From the NCBI GenBank assembly GCA_028534125.1, contig CM052832.1:14138001-14202000 (forward strand): a stretch of 64,000 bases of DNA. The letters are read 5' to 3'. The notes beneath the pieces are model-generated. The model did not search any database. It had not been told where the DNA came from and saw only the letters and a list, made by a program, of their open reading frames with translations. The stretch is from Lama glama (taxonomy: Eukaryota). Shown here in pieces: positions 51,144 to 64,000 of this stretch. The translations under genes and the position numbers were made by a program. Within the stretch, counting starts at the first letter, position 1; every line of letters starts with the position of its first letter.

Positions 51144-54100
51144 AAAGAATAACTTTTAAATAATTAATATTTGTGGTATTATCCTTAAATCATTAAATGA
51201 TTTTTATTTAGCATTCATTTTGTGTTAATGTTTTCTTCCTTTAACATTTAATGTTATCAAATATCTGTATCAAAAAAAGAAAAAATATCTGTCAGGTAGA
51301 AATCATTTTTACATGTTAAAATATATAATCTTGTCACAGTATATTGTTGCTAATAATAATAAACCATGCATTTACAATTATATCTTTTAATTTTCTTTTA
51401 CAGCAAAACCACCAAAATTTTATCACAAAAAATAATAAATTTATTATTGTCTCTCATTCTTATTTAAAAATTCACAAGTAAAGATATAGCATAATTTACG
51501 ATTCTGGGAATTCCCGGGAAATTCTATTCCTTCTTCGGGAATTCTGAAAGTTAACAACTGTCGGGAATTTGGAAGCACCAGAATTCTTGCCACTTCCCCA
51601 GGCTGCCTTTGCCATGATCCCCATGGCACTCTTCCAACCTACCTCCAGCCAGAGCCCCAGTCAATTGAAAATTCATTTATAGGAATGATTTGGGAACTAT
51701 GTACAACAGTCCTACAGGGGAGATGCCAAAAGGAGTAAGATAGAGACTGCCTTTGAAGAGGGCCAGAGTACAAACAGCGTATGATGGAGGCCACACAAGA
51801 GGTGCGCACTTTGAAGGAAGAAATATTTCCAACTCAGGAGATGCAGGGCCAGAAGGCTGGGCGAGGCACTCCCAGGGAAGGAAGGCCAAGGTGAGCCAAG
51901 CGAGGCGCTGAGAACACAGAGCACATCTGGGAATGGCGAGCTGTCCCTCTGGCTAGGTCGTCCAGTTCTCTGAAGGACAGATAAGGGGCTTGGACATGGC
52001 CAGCCTTGACTTCCTAATTCCTAAGGGTGGACTTAACTCTTAAAGGCAAGAGGGAGGGCAGTCAGAGCAGAGAGAGGCAGAGAGACTCACTAGGGGGCTT
52101 CTAGAACAACACAGTGAGAGAAGGTGAGAGTCTGAATCTCTCTCTCATCCCTTCAGAACTCTGTTCATCCTGAACTTCCCAGCACAGGCTGTTCCTTCCA
52201 CCGGGGACATGTCACCCCCTTCTTAAACTAACACCTCCTCATTCTTCAAATCGCAGCTTATATCACTTCCTCAGATAAGCCTCCTGCAGTATGCTCCTAA
52301 AGTCTCTGTATTTGTCCAAGCACAGCCCTTTCCACACTTTCTAACTATTGCATTTTACTTATTTAATAAGGGGATGTGCTATTTATTTTCTTGCTTGCTT
52401 TATAACAGGGGTATAACATACCCACAGTTAGGAGTGTGAAAGCTGTGTCTAAGTCTTAAGTATGAAGCTCCATGAAGTCTTACATTTATATATTCCACAA
52501 AATCATCACCCAGCCCAAGAGAGCAAACACTTTCAGCAGCCCCAAAGGTTCTTCATGCCCTTCCCTGTCAATGCCCCCAGTAAGAGGTAGCCACTACACT
52601 GATCTCTATCATCATTAGCTTCGCCTGTTGCACATCCAGCATCTCCTGGCTGGAGTTTGAGAGCCCATGGAGGGCAGGCACCAAGTCGTTTCTGCTGCTC
52701 TCTGGACCCAAAAGTGCTGGGCACAGAGCAGGTACTGACTGAATGATTAGACCAGGGCGGTGGTGAAAGGAAGGAAGAGTGCTCAGGAGGCCCTGAAACT
52801 CTGCCACGTCTGCATCCTCCGTGCCTCTGCCCATGCTGCTACCCTGCTGGAAATGCCCTCCCTTTTTCACTGGTCTCATTCCTACCTCGCCTCTTTTTTC
52901 AAAGATTTGGTTCAAGTTCCATTCCCTTTTAACACACTTGCCCCCACAGCATCTGCCACCCACCACGTTCACCCCACAGATGTTGCTTCGCATGCTCTTT
53001 CTGGGTAGATGTGTGTTCACCTCTAGATCCAATTCCCCAAACAGCTAAGTCTCTCAAAGGAAAGACTCTCTTTCACTCTTCATTAAATGAGCACCAACCT
53101 CTCTCACACCTCACTGCTCACAGAGTATCTAATCTTCAAAAAATTTCTTCTGGTCTCTTCCCCACAGGGATATGAGGATCACACCAGAAAACAGCTGTGA
53201 AGATGTTTTATAAGCCACTGTTCATTTGATAAATCTAAGGCATTTTAATGTCTAGTTATATGAATGTTTGCTGGAAAACTATCAGTTAAGCTATACATAT
53301 ATCATATGTACAGCAAAAAATGTTTAAAAAAAGAATGCAGTGGATCTGGACATGCTGATGTGGAAAGATGCCCAAGACACACTTAAGTGAAAAGAGCTAA
53401 ATGTTAAGTTAGGGTGCTCCCCACTGCCACAAGGGATAGAAAGAGGAAGAATAAAAATACAAAGACACATGAATATGTGCAATGAAAAATTCTGGAAGAA
53501 TACACGGGAAATTGGTCCCCCCACCTTCACCCCTTGGGGCGTGGGTCTGGAAGTGCTACTCCCATCAGTCTCTTTCTGTCATATAACTTTCTCATTGGTC
53601 TCTGTTTTTTTTTTATTAATATACATTTTAACATTAAAAATTAGCTAAAATGACTAAAGTCTACCCTGAGAGTAAACTGAGGGCAGCCTGTTGACACCTG
53701 GGTTCAGGTCCCAGAAGCCAGGCAGGCACTGCCAACAGGCCCAGAGGCGAATTTCAGCCCAAATCAAATCTGGAAAGATGAAAACAGCTATGAGCTCACC
53801 CAGAGCAACCCCTGGGGCCTTGTAAGGAGGAACTGATGCAATTTCACCTTTTGTTTGGTGGCCAAGAGCTGGGAGCTGAGAGCCTGGGGCTAAAGAGGGC
53901 ACAGGGAGACCCAGGCTCTCAAGTGGGTCAATGCCCCTCACCCTGCTCACCCTGCAGTTGGTAATGGCTCAGAAGGATCTGGGCCTGGAAGTGGCCTGGC
54001 TTCCCCACCTCCAGACAAATATGCAAACCCACTGAAGGGAGAATGCAGAAGGACAGGAGCCTCCAGGGGGCTGCTAGTCTTCCCAGCTCTGAGAGCTCCA

Positions 54101-57100
54101 CCCAGCACAAGGCAGGGCTTCCTGGGGCCTGAAACAACCAGGTGCTGGACATGGTGGGGAGAAAGACCGCAGCAACCTGTCTGCAGGGGCCTGTCTGTCT
54201 CTCTCATCTCCAAGGCTGCCCCTTCTAAAACCTCATCCTTGACCTTAAGGAGTCACAGGAGGACCTTCAGGGTTAACCAACAAACTCCAGTACCAGGTAG
54301 ATAGTCAGGTGGATTCCATTAATGTCTTCCTGCTTTGAGTTCAGGTGGACCCTGGGTTGGGGTCTCCATCTTGAAGTTAGACTCCCTGAAGTTTCCCCTC
54401 ACCCCCTAATGTCCCCCCAAGATCCAAATAATCCAAGCACCATGTGAACCAAGTACTGTCACCCAGTTGCCGAATACCTCCGATTCACTTTCTTCATTTC
54501 TCATCTGAATGACTCCAACAGTTTCTAAGAGGCCTCCTGCTTCTATTCTTTGCTCCCTCCTCAATCTGCAGCCAGAATGATCTTTCTGGATCACAAATCT
54601 GGTCACATCTACTTCTCCGCTTAAGACACCTCAAAAATTCCCTGCTACCATAAGAACAAACCCAGACTCCTGGTCGTACAAGGCCCTTCAGGATCCAAGC
54701 TCTGCCTCACTCTCCGGCCTTCTCTCCAACCTCTCCATGCTCCACACACATGGCCCCAGACCTTAACAATGCCCTTCCTGCCAGGCCCCCTCCTCCCTGG
54801 CCAGTTCCATGACTTCCCGTGGAAGCAAGCCCTCCCTGCCCAGTGAGGCTCAGCTGGGCTGTCTGGGCTTCGCTTCAGCTTCTCGGCCTAAAATGGGGCC
54901 ACACTCCCAGCTGGTGAGAGGGCATGCTACAACGGATGCTCAGGGCAAACCGTTCAGTACTGCACACATACAAAGTAGTAACACGACACCAATGAGAAGC
55001 TGCCTTTGGCTCTCAAAGGTTCCCCAAGACCTCCTCCTGTCCACCAATCTAAGAGGCCCTTTGCATTCTGGTCCTGTCTCCTCACTCTGTGCCAGGGCCT
55101 GAAACCACTGTGAAGCCCTCCGTCCAGGGGCTCGCACTCTGCTGCGTGCTCTTCCTTCACCCACCCCTGAAACCTCCCTTAGACATGCCCCTCCCTGGGC
55201 TTGTCCTTGGCAGGCTTCCCCACTCACCGCACAAACCATCCACTGGTGTTTTCACGCACTGTGACTGCATCCGTCTTTCCCTGGGCTCCTCTCCTACTGA
55301 CTGTCTCAAAGCCCCATGGAGTCCTTACAGGGCCTCATAACGCATCCAAAAGGCAATCAGTGATCTTTGTGCCAGGTCTCAGGCAACCCTGACCCTTGTG
55401 CTGGGCAGAGAGCCTGGCAGGCTACGTGCTCAGTTTGTGTTTGCGGAGTTGAGCAGCACGTGCCTCTTTCCTCTTCTGCCACCTTCCACCTGCAACTCCT
55501 TCAATGCTCCTTGCACCATCAGTGGGACACCACCCCCTCGTCACACGAGCTGAAACGCCAACACCACCAGGTCCTTCCTCACCACTGAGTTTTCAGCCAT
55601 CTATTGTCCCCTTCCCCTGACTCTGCCACTGTCCTGCTAAGGGCCTGCCCACCCCTCACCTAGACCTGCCTCTAGACACTCCCCTGCTCCAGTCCAGCCT
55701 CCCTACTCCTGCTGGTGACATTCCTAAGCCCAGGCATGATCTTTCACACCCCTGCCTACAAATCTCTGTAGCTGTCTGTGCCCAAAGAATAAAATTCAAC
55801 TCCTTAAATGTGGCATCCAAGGCCTCCTACATTCTGGCCCCAACCTGTCAGTCCAACCTCAGTGGGCAAAGCAGCAAAAATAACAATTGACACGTACCGA
55901 GTGCTTCCTTCATGCCTCTTAATTCCTGTAACAGTCAGGACTACAATTTGACAGCTGAAGAAACCAAGGACAGGAGGGTTAAGTAACTTGCCCAGGGTCA
56001 CAGTCCAAGCTCATGAGGAGTGTACTGGGTCAGAAGTAACAATCTTTTAATCCTTCAGTCTTCCCTAAAAGATTAAATCTTTAAGGGCTAGGATATGTCT
56101 TTAAAAAAATCTTTGTGGCAAGCTTCATGTTGCGTGCATCATGTTGGGAACCGGGCGAGGGGTGGAGGAGAGAGGGCAATAGGTGTTTCTGAGACTGAAA
56201 TCAGAGACACTGGGAGTCCGAGAAATTATTCCTAAAACTCCCCTTTAGCTCCAAGAAGGAATATCAATGTTTAATAGTACACAAATTTTAGTGTAAATAG
56301 AAGCTATATTTTCATTACATACAATTAACCACAGCCTCCTGAGATTCCTGATTAATAAACATGCATAAAACATTTATACCTAATTTATGGGACTTGGAGA
56401 AGGATGTTCTTACTCTCGGAGTTTCATTTTACGACAAGCTGCCAGGGACAGTACAGTGTAGCCGATGCCAGGTGTCCGGTCAGAAACATCCCTCCCAATG
56501 ACGCCCCCATTCCTGGAGCACTATCTCCTGGCACTGCCACGGAGTGTCCAGGAACAGAATGCACTCCTGCTCTTAGCCTCTAATTGCCTGTAGGCCTGGG
56601 ACTTAGCTCTTCGAACACGTACCTCCCATCCAAGAGACTCCCACTAAGCTCCCAACCATTTCCACTTCCTCAGATTCTAGGGGCTATTGCTGGGGTCAGA
56701 ATGAAGGGACAAAAAGCACCAACAACGATGATGATGACAAAAGGGAGAGACCAGAAGCGAGGGCACAGAAGAACTGAATGACAGAGGAGAATGTCAGTGT
56801 GATAAACTCCAGAGGTTGCTCTGGTGTCCACTAGCTGGAGGTGAGGAGTGCTTCCTCCTGCCTTCCTCCACTCTAGCCGCCACCCTCACTCTGTACTGTA
56901 CTTGTTTACTTATCCATGTCTCCCCTCTGGAATGGGGACTCCCTGACTGGTCCTAATAACTAGCAGACAGTAGGTGCTAAATTAATGTCGAATGAATGGT
57001 GGCAGGCTTTGCAAACGGTTTATCTGCTCTTCTCTTCTCCCTTAGTTACAGAATTCCAATTTTATTTCAGGTGGCAATGTGTCCAGCTAAAAGATTTCTT

Positions 57101-57574
57101 AGCCTCCCTTGCAGCTATGGGAGCCCAGTGAGGGGAAATGGGAGCTACTGGGTAGGACTTCCAGCAAATCTCCCTAAGAGGGAGACAGACAACTAGCATA
57201 TGTCCTTTTTATCTTCCCCCTGCTTCTTCTTGTAAACCTGACGTGATGGCTGGAGCTCCAGCAGCCATCTTAGACAATGATGCAACCCTGGGATTAGAAA
57301 TCATGCACTAAGAATGGCAGTGTAGAGACCATACCTAGACTGTCTCCCCCAGGTTTCTTTTAAAAACCTAGAAGAGAATAAACTTCTACTGATTTAAGCT
57401 ATTTCTGGTCTCTGCTTACTAGCTGCTGAGTATAATTACTAATGGAGTCATGAAACAATTAAACTTGGTTTTCTTCAATTACTCATTGCTGATTTGCAGT
57501 TCAAAGGCCAGTCACCACCTCTAACCTCTGGTCCTTGTAATACAATGATAAATTTCAATTAATAATGGCCATCA

Positions 57575-57822
57575 GGAAGATGGAGGAACAAAAGCAATAC
57601 AAGGAAGAGGTAGTACACGGTGCAGAAGTAGAGGATGAGGATGATGAGGGACAGAGGCAGGAGGGAGAGCAGGAAAATGAAGGGCAGAGGAAGAGGGGAT
57701 GTAGGGGGGAAGGCAGGGCAGGAAGAGAGGGCAAGGGATGCAACAGTAAAGGAAAGGAAAAGATGAGGAGTAGGTGGAGACCATGGAGAGATGGATGGGG
57801 AGAGAAGGGAGAGGGAATGAAG
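57575..57822 (+). repeat. GA-rich low-complexity tract
   Basis: Purine-rich gagga/gaagg-like sequence. Confidence 0.7.
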
Positions 57823-58934
57823 TCAAGGTGTCTTCTGGCAGCAGTCACCATTTAGAGAGCACTCACTGTGGGCTGGACATTGTGCCAGGCAACCTATACC
57901 ACTCCCTCTAATCCTGGTCCTCCTGTGGTAAGTGTTACCATGCCTATTTTATAAATGAGGTAACTGTGGCTCTGACATATTAAATAACTTTCCCTCAGTG
58001 ACAGAAAGTGGTAGAGGCAGAAGATTTTCTTGAAGTAGCCTTAAAAGAGAGGGAGAAGGGACATTAGCCTTCCTTCTCTCTTTCTCTATCTTGTTGCCTT
58101 GAATGTGGGTGTGGTAGCTGGATCCGTGGCAGCCATTTTGGACAATGAGAACCACAGCCACACCCTAAGAATGACCAAGCAGGGAACTAGAAGGAGCATG
58201 GGTCCTTTATGACCTATGGAGCTTCCACAACTGCTTGAGACTACAGACCACCTAAGCCACTTGGAGTCCCCATCCATAAAATCATTCATAACTGTTTCAG
58301 ATCTCAACTTGTTCAGTCTTCCTCCAATCCCCAATAACAGATTCTGAAGCCCACTCCCAGAGATCCTGATTCAGCAATAACTTTCTGATGGCAAAGAACC
58401 AATCCAGAGTCCACAGGAGAAAAAACCCTCAGTGCCTCAAAAGCAGCAACTGCTGGTGATCTGCTCACCAGGAGACCTTGGAGATCAGCAAGTGACACTG
58501 TGAAGTTAACCTGTCATTATTTAAAGAAATAGAAGAAAAGAGTTCCTAAAAACACACTTGGGGTTATTCCTCAGAAACATAAAAGGTGGTCTTAATAATC
58601 TCAGACCAGTCTGTAACAGTGCTAGCAAATCATCCAAGAAAAAAAAAATAAACTGATGGTCAAAACTCAGAAAGAGAAGAGCTTCTTTTGAGTGACAGCA
58701 CCAGGCTGTCAAAGGGGCAGATCTGCACACAGCAGCATCACACGGAATTACTGTCTTGCACAGCTGACTGCAGCTTCCTGTGTACTAGGAATTCTCTCCA
58801 ACTAGACGACAAGCACTCCTCACTGAGGGAAGGAACTGTGTCATTGCTATTTTGGTATCTTCAGCACAGCACCCAGCACAGTAATGAACACTCAGAGTCG
58901 TCAGGAAAGAACTATCGGGAATCAAGTGTTTTGG

Positions 58935-59434
58935 NNNNNNNNNNNNNNNNNNNNNNNNNNNNNNNNNNNNNNNNNNNNNNNNNNNNNNNNNNNNNNNNNN
59001 NNNNNNNNNNNNNNNNNNNNNNNNNNNNNNNNNNNNNNNNNNNNNNNNNNNNNNNNNNNNNNNNNNNNNNNNNNNNNNNNNNNNNNNNNNNNNNNNNNNN
59101 NNNNNNNNNNNNNNNNNNNNNNNNNNNNNNNNNNNNNNNNNNNNNNNNNNNNNNNNNNNNNNNNNNNNNNNNNNNNNNNNNNNNNNNNNNNNNNNNNNNN
59201 NNNNNNNNNNNNNNNNNNNNNNNNNNNNNNNNNNNNNNNNNNNNNNNNNNNNNNNNNNNNNNNNNNNNNNNNNNNNNNNNNNNNNNNNNNNNNNNNNNNN
59301 NNNNNNNNNNNNNNNNNNNNNNNNNNNNNNNNNNNNNNNNNNNNNNNNNNNNNNNNNNNNNNNNNNNNNNNNNNNNNNNNNNNNNNNNNNNNNNNNNNNN
59401 NNNNNNNNNNNNNNNNNNNNNNNNNNNNNNNNNN
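58935..59434. other. Assembly gap (500 N)
   Basis: Run of N. Confidence 1.
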
Positions 59435-62031
59435 ATCCTCAGCTAGAATGAGAATTGCTACCTTGTGTCCCAGCCACACTTTCAACAACTTGACACAAAA
59501 CATGCTAAAAAACCAAACTCTCCTGCTCTTTCTCCCTGCATCTGAGTCTCATACCCCTCCCAAGCCCTTGCCTCTACTCAATCAGAGAAATTCACTGCAA
59601 TTTAACTCAACAGGCTATGCCGTGCAGCCAAATGACAGGGAGAATGCCAGGATCTTCAAGCACCAAGACAAACAAGGCCCAGATCTCAAGCAACTCAGCA
59701 TCTGGGAAGGAAAGGAGACACGTAAACAAGCAACGACCTACAGAGTGATAATTACTATAGAAAGAGACCCCAAGCTCAGAAAGAGCAAAGGCCACTCTGT
59801 TGAGAGGGATAAGGATGGCTGTGAAGGGGAGACGGGCGCTCCGCAGGAGGAGCGAGCGTGTAAGGTGCAGACGCTTGAGAGCAGGGCCTGTTGGAGACAG
59901 CAGCTGCAGGTGGACGGAGCGAACAGGGATCAGGTGTACTACACGCCAGACACTGCCATTTTACAGATGAGAAAACGGAGACACAGAGAGGGTAAGTATC
60001 TTGTCCAAAACCATAAGTTATAAAAGGATGAACACAGGTTAAAAACCAAACAGTTGGACTCTAAAACCTGAGCTTTTAAATACTGCAGTAAAATGATTAT
60101 AAATCAGTAAAAAATGTAAAAAAAAAAATTACAGGACACGGTGTGCAAATAGTTCAATCTGCTGAATTGTAAAATTTAAAAGCTAAGTTTAAGCAGAAGA
60201 GGTAGACAGGAGCTGGATAATGAAGGGCTTATACTATACTAAGATGTGGACTGGAACTTTCAGCAAGAGTGGACGCAACTAACCTGAAAGAGCTCCTGTT
60301 TCCCACTACTATCACAGTTATAGAAATACTGGATAAAGCAAACAATATGCTTCAACATACAGCCAGACTAGAAAGAGAAATACCTCATGTGCCAGAAATG
60401 ACAAGAAAAATTGAAAGATGAACAGTAAGTGGAACTGACACCAGAATGACCTGTGGACTTTTGAACCTGCATATGAAGTGGTTTTAATGTCTGGCTGTGG
60501 CTTTTAGCCTGGATATCAAGATGAGAGCCTCAAAGGGCTGACCAGTACAAGAAGCAACAAGGAGCTGGCCATTTCTCCAAGGCTCTGTGGAGGGGTGAGA
60601 GGCCACACATAAAACTGAACTACTCAGCTAGCCCCACCCATGGATATGATTCTGATTTTACACTAGGTGAAGGGGTGCCCAATTGAGAAATGAACATAAA
60701 AACTGCGCTAGAACTTTTAACCCGATGGCCCCACCAGAAGCAAACTGCTCTTAGGCATACTTTCACAATCAGGACACAAAAGCTGCCCATAAAATAGAGT
60801 CCTTCCCGAAGATGAGCTCACAACCCAAAGTTACAAACCACACAAGGAATTAAACCACCAAGAGGAAGAAGTATCAGACACAGAAAGAGAAGCAGCATCC
60901 CAAGAATCAGAAATAATAAAATAATCTGAAAGACACTACAAAATGACAAAATTTACATGATTAGAGACATAAAGCAGCAAAGAAAAAAGATAAAAGACTT
61001 GGATGGTAGAATGGTCAACATATGTCCAAGAGGAATTCCAGAAAGCTAGAGTACCAAAAATGGGTGGAAACCAAAGAGAATGAGAATTTCCTAAAACATA
61101 AAGAAGAATTAAAGGTATGATGTTAATATTTTAGATTAGGGAGCACTGGGTGAAGAAATACAGAAACTCTCTAAATCTAAATTTATCTAAAATTACTCTA
61201 AAATAAAAAGTTGGTTTTTTTTTAAAGAAAGTCTTTGGAAAGAAGTAGTACACCAAATCCTGACCAAGAAAAACAAATCCACACTTACTTTCAGATGGTT
61301 CTAAATAAAAGTACATAAAGATAGGGAGAAATGCGTTAACTAAATGTAAGTAAAAAGAATACAGATGTTCAGTATACTATTTTCATGTTTTTTCAAAGTA
61401 AAAAGATGCAGGGAAAGAAGAGAAAACTTAGAAGAAAGAATAGAAATAAGATGTATAATTTTCAAACCAGAGAATAAAGAAAATTCAATCAATCTAACAG
61501 AAGGCAGAAAGGAAAAAAAAAGTGTATAGAAAGTACTCAAAAACATGAAAATATATTTAAATCAAATTCCCAAAATGTAAATAAATAAAACTTATTTAAG
61601 ACAGATTTTCAAATCTGATTTATAATTTTCAATCCAGCCACATTCTGTTTATGAAAGAAACTCCTAAAACATGATGACACAGAAAAGTTGAAAATATGAG
61701 GCAAATAACAACCACAAGCTGTGGCAGCACTAGTGTCATCAGACTTTGAGACAAAAAGCAGGAAAGATATTAAGGAGGAAGAATTGACAAGATTTGGTTA
61801 CTGATTAAAAGAGGCCTGGGGAGAGGAGAGACATGGAGGGCAACCATCAGGTGACCAGGGAGGTGGGGACTGTGGGAAGAACATGTCTCGCAAAAACTGT
61901 AAGGGCTCAGTTTGGTGCATGCTGAAATTCAGGAGCTCTGGGAATGCCCAGGTGAAGGTGTCCAAAAAGCATTTACAGACACAGTCAGTCACAAGGTCAG
62001 TGGGTTATTCCAGAGTTTTCCAGAGAAGATT

Positions 62032-62815
62032 TTTTTTTTAATTGAAATACAGTTGATTTACAATGTCATGCTAGTTTCTGGTGTACAGCACAGTGATTCA
62101 GTTATACAAATATATATTCTTTTCCATGTTCTTTTTCATTATAGGTTATGACATGTTATTGAATATAGTTCACTATGCTATATAGTAGGAACTTGTTTCT
62201 TATCTGTTCTGTAACAGTAGTTTGCTAATCCCAAACTCCCAATTTACCCCTCACACCCCTTCCTCTTCCTCATAAGTTTGTTTTCTGTGTCTGTAAGTCT
62301 CTGTTTTGTAAATAAGCTCATTTGTGACTTTTTTTTTTTAGATTCCACATATAAGTGATATCATATGATATTTGTCTTTCTCTGACTTACTTCACTTAGT
62401 ATGAAAATCCCCAGGTCTATCCATGTTGCTGTAAATGACATTATTTCATTCTTTCTTGTGGCTGAGTAGTATTCCATGGTATATGTGGAATATATACATC
62501 TTCTTTATCCATTCATTTGTTCCTGGGCATTTAGCTGCTTCCGTGTCTTGGCTATTGTAAATAGTGCTGCTATGAACATGGGGGTGCATGTGTCTTTTTG
62601 AATTATATTTTTCTCTAGGTATATGCCCAGGAGTGGGATTGCTGGATCATATGGTAGGTCTATTTTTAGTTTTTTAAGGAATCTCCATACTGTTTTCCAT
62701 AGTGGCTGCACCGAACTACATTCCCACCAACAGTGTAGGAGGGTTCCCTTTCCTCCACACCCTCTCCAGCATTTATTGTTTGTGGACTTTTTATGATGGC
62801 CATTCTGACTGGTGT
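62032..62815 (-). mobile_element. 5'-truncated L1 (ORF2 C-terminus and 3' UTR)
   Basis: ORF 62505-62837 contains the L1 ORF2 tail [48 protein letters not shown]; poly-T at ~62030; TSD cagagaagatt 62021-62031 and 62816-62826. Confidence 0.92.
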
Positions 62816-64000
62816 CAGAGAAGATTCTTAACAACATTCAGATTAAAGAGTGTACATAATCCTTGTTTCTTTCTCAAAAAAATATTCAAAATGCAACCAA
62901 ACCCCAAGTCCCAGCCCCAGGACTTGTCATGATCTTGGCAGCAAGCCCATATTTGCCATGGATGCCTGGCCCGTCCAAGCTCTTCTCCTGCTTGGTGGTA
63001 GGAAACACAGTGACAGACTCCCAGAGTGGCAGTGCCTTGGACTTCCATAGCCACTTAGGGTCTTGGGTACAGAGCAGAAAGCTCTTTGGAAGAAGAGCTC
63101 CTGTATCTGTGCAGCTGCAGGAGAAAAAGACTCATCAGAAGTGGGGGTCAGGAGCCAGAGGAGCCCTATGGTTTGCTACCACTGGGTTAACCACTCCCTC
63201 TGGTGAACGCCAAGGTTCAATTCAAGTAATCAGATAGTTACTCAGTGCCCAATCCTGCTCTCAGGGAGCACAGGAAGAGTAAAGGATAACCGTAATGCAA
63301 AAAAGACTGTGACAAGCCCCACAAGGGAAATACTGAGAGCTCTGGGGTTTGAAGAATGGGAAGCTCCTCTGTGCAGGTGAGGGGAAGAACCATGAGTTCA
63401 TGGAGGAGACAACACCGGAAATGTTCTTTCTCCATGTCTCCCTGTTACCTAATTTCACAGTGGCTCAGGGCTTCAATGCCCTCTCCACAGAGGAAGCTTG
63501 TCATTTCTAATATTTACTCAGTGCTTACAAAGAGTCAGGCACATGCTGAATATTTTATGAGCATTCTTTCATTTAATTCTCCCATTTCTCTATTAGGTGT
63601 GTACCATAGTTATTCCCATTTTACAGATGGGGAAACTGAAGCTTAGAGAGGCAAAGAAAACTCTGTCACTGAGGTGGAGTCACTGAGCCTGAATTTGAAC
63701 CCAGGTCTAACTCCAGAGTCCACTACTCTCCTAACTGCTTTGTCATACCACCTCACGTACAGACATGTTCTGTTCACCCTCCAAGACCATCTACTCTGTG
63801 ATTCATCGTTGTGGCCCTGCCATGGCGGGCACCAAGCACGGTGGCAGATGAGGAGAGCTGGGGCAGGATGACAGAGGGAGAGGGTGGATTTGAGTCAGAG
63901 CTCCTAGGCTTGTCCAAGCTTGGCATATTCCATGTACAGGCTGAGTGAATCTCTCCATTTATAAAGCAAACAGTGTCCGGCACAGTGCTCCATGACTACA

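Noticed and set aside
57555..57855. Glu/Gly-rich 96-aa ORF and Pro/Ser-rich antisense ORFs
   Set aside because: Produced by a GA-rich low-complexity tract; no splice or domain support
58688..60023. Long ORFs of 178-379 aa (also at 25.6-26.3 kb and 42.9-43.5 kb)
   Set aside because: Artefacts of translating through N gaps
62505..62837. 110-aa Cys/Trp-rich ORF
   Set aside because: C-terminal fragment of L1 ORF2 in a truncated insertion

Overview
Mammalian genomic DNA, most likely a camelid (eight tRNA-derived SINEs resembling the camelid Vic-1 family), syntenic with human 6p21.31. All genes lie on the minus strand. Reading right to left: the PPARD coding exons and 3' UTR (full 441-aa CDS; promoter outside the window); an intron-containing makorin gene at about 15.0-23.7 kb; complete FANCE (10 exons, 542 aa); and the 5' part of RPL10A (exons 1-5, truncated at the window edge). 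The makorin gene is the main finding. No single ORF in the track captures it, but manual splicing of 7 GT-AG exons gives an uninterrupted frame with a C3H finger, a C3HC4 RING, a terminal C3H finger, a stop and a polyA signal, plus a candidate ATG exon. It fits the little-studied vertebrate makorin-4 orthologue and has a decayed first zinc finger and tandem RRxSEP motifs. Also seen: an L1-stalk-like RNA structure before an alternative 5' splice site in RPL10A intron 3, upstream/overlapping ORFs in FANCE and PPARD, nested transposons, and three 500-N scaffold gaps. Coordinates were counted by hand and no database searches were run.
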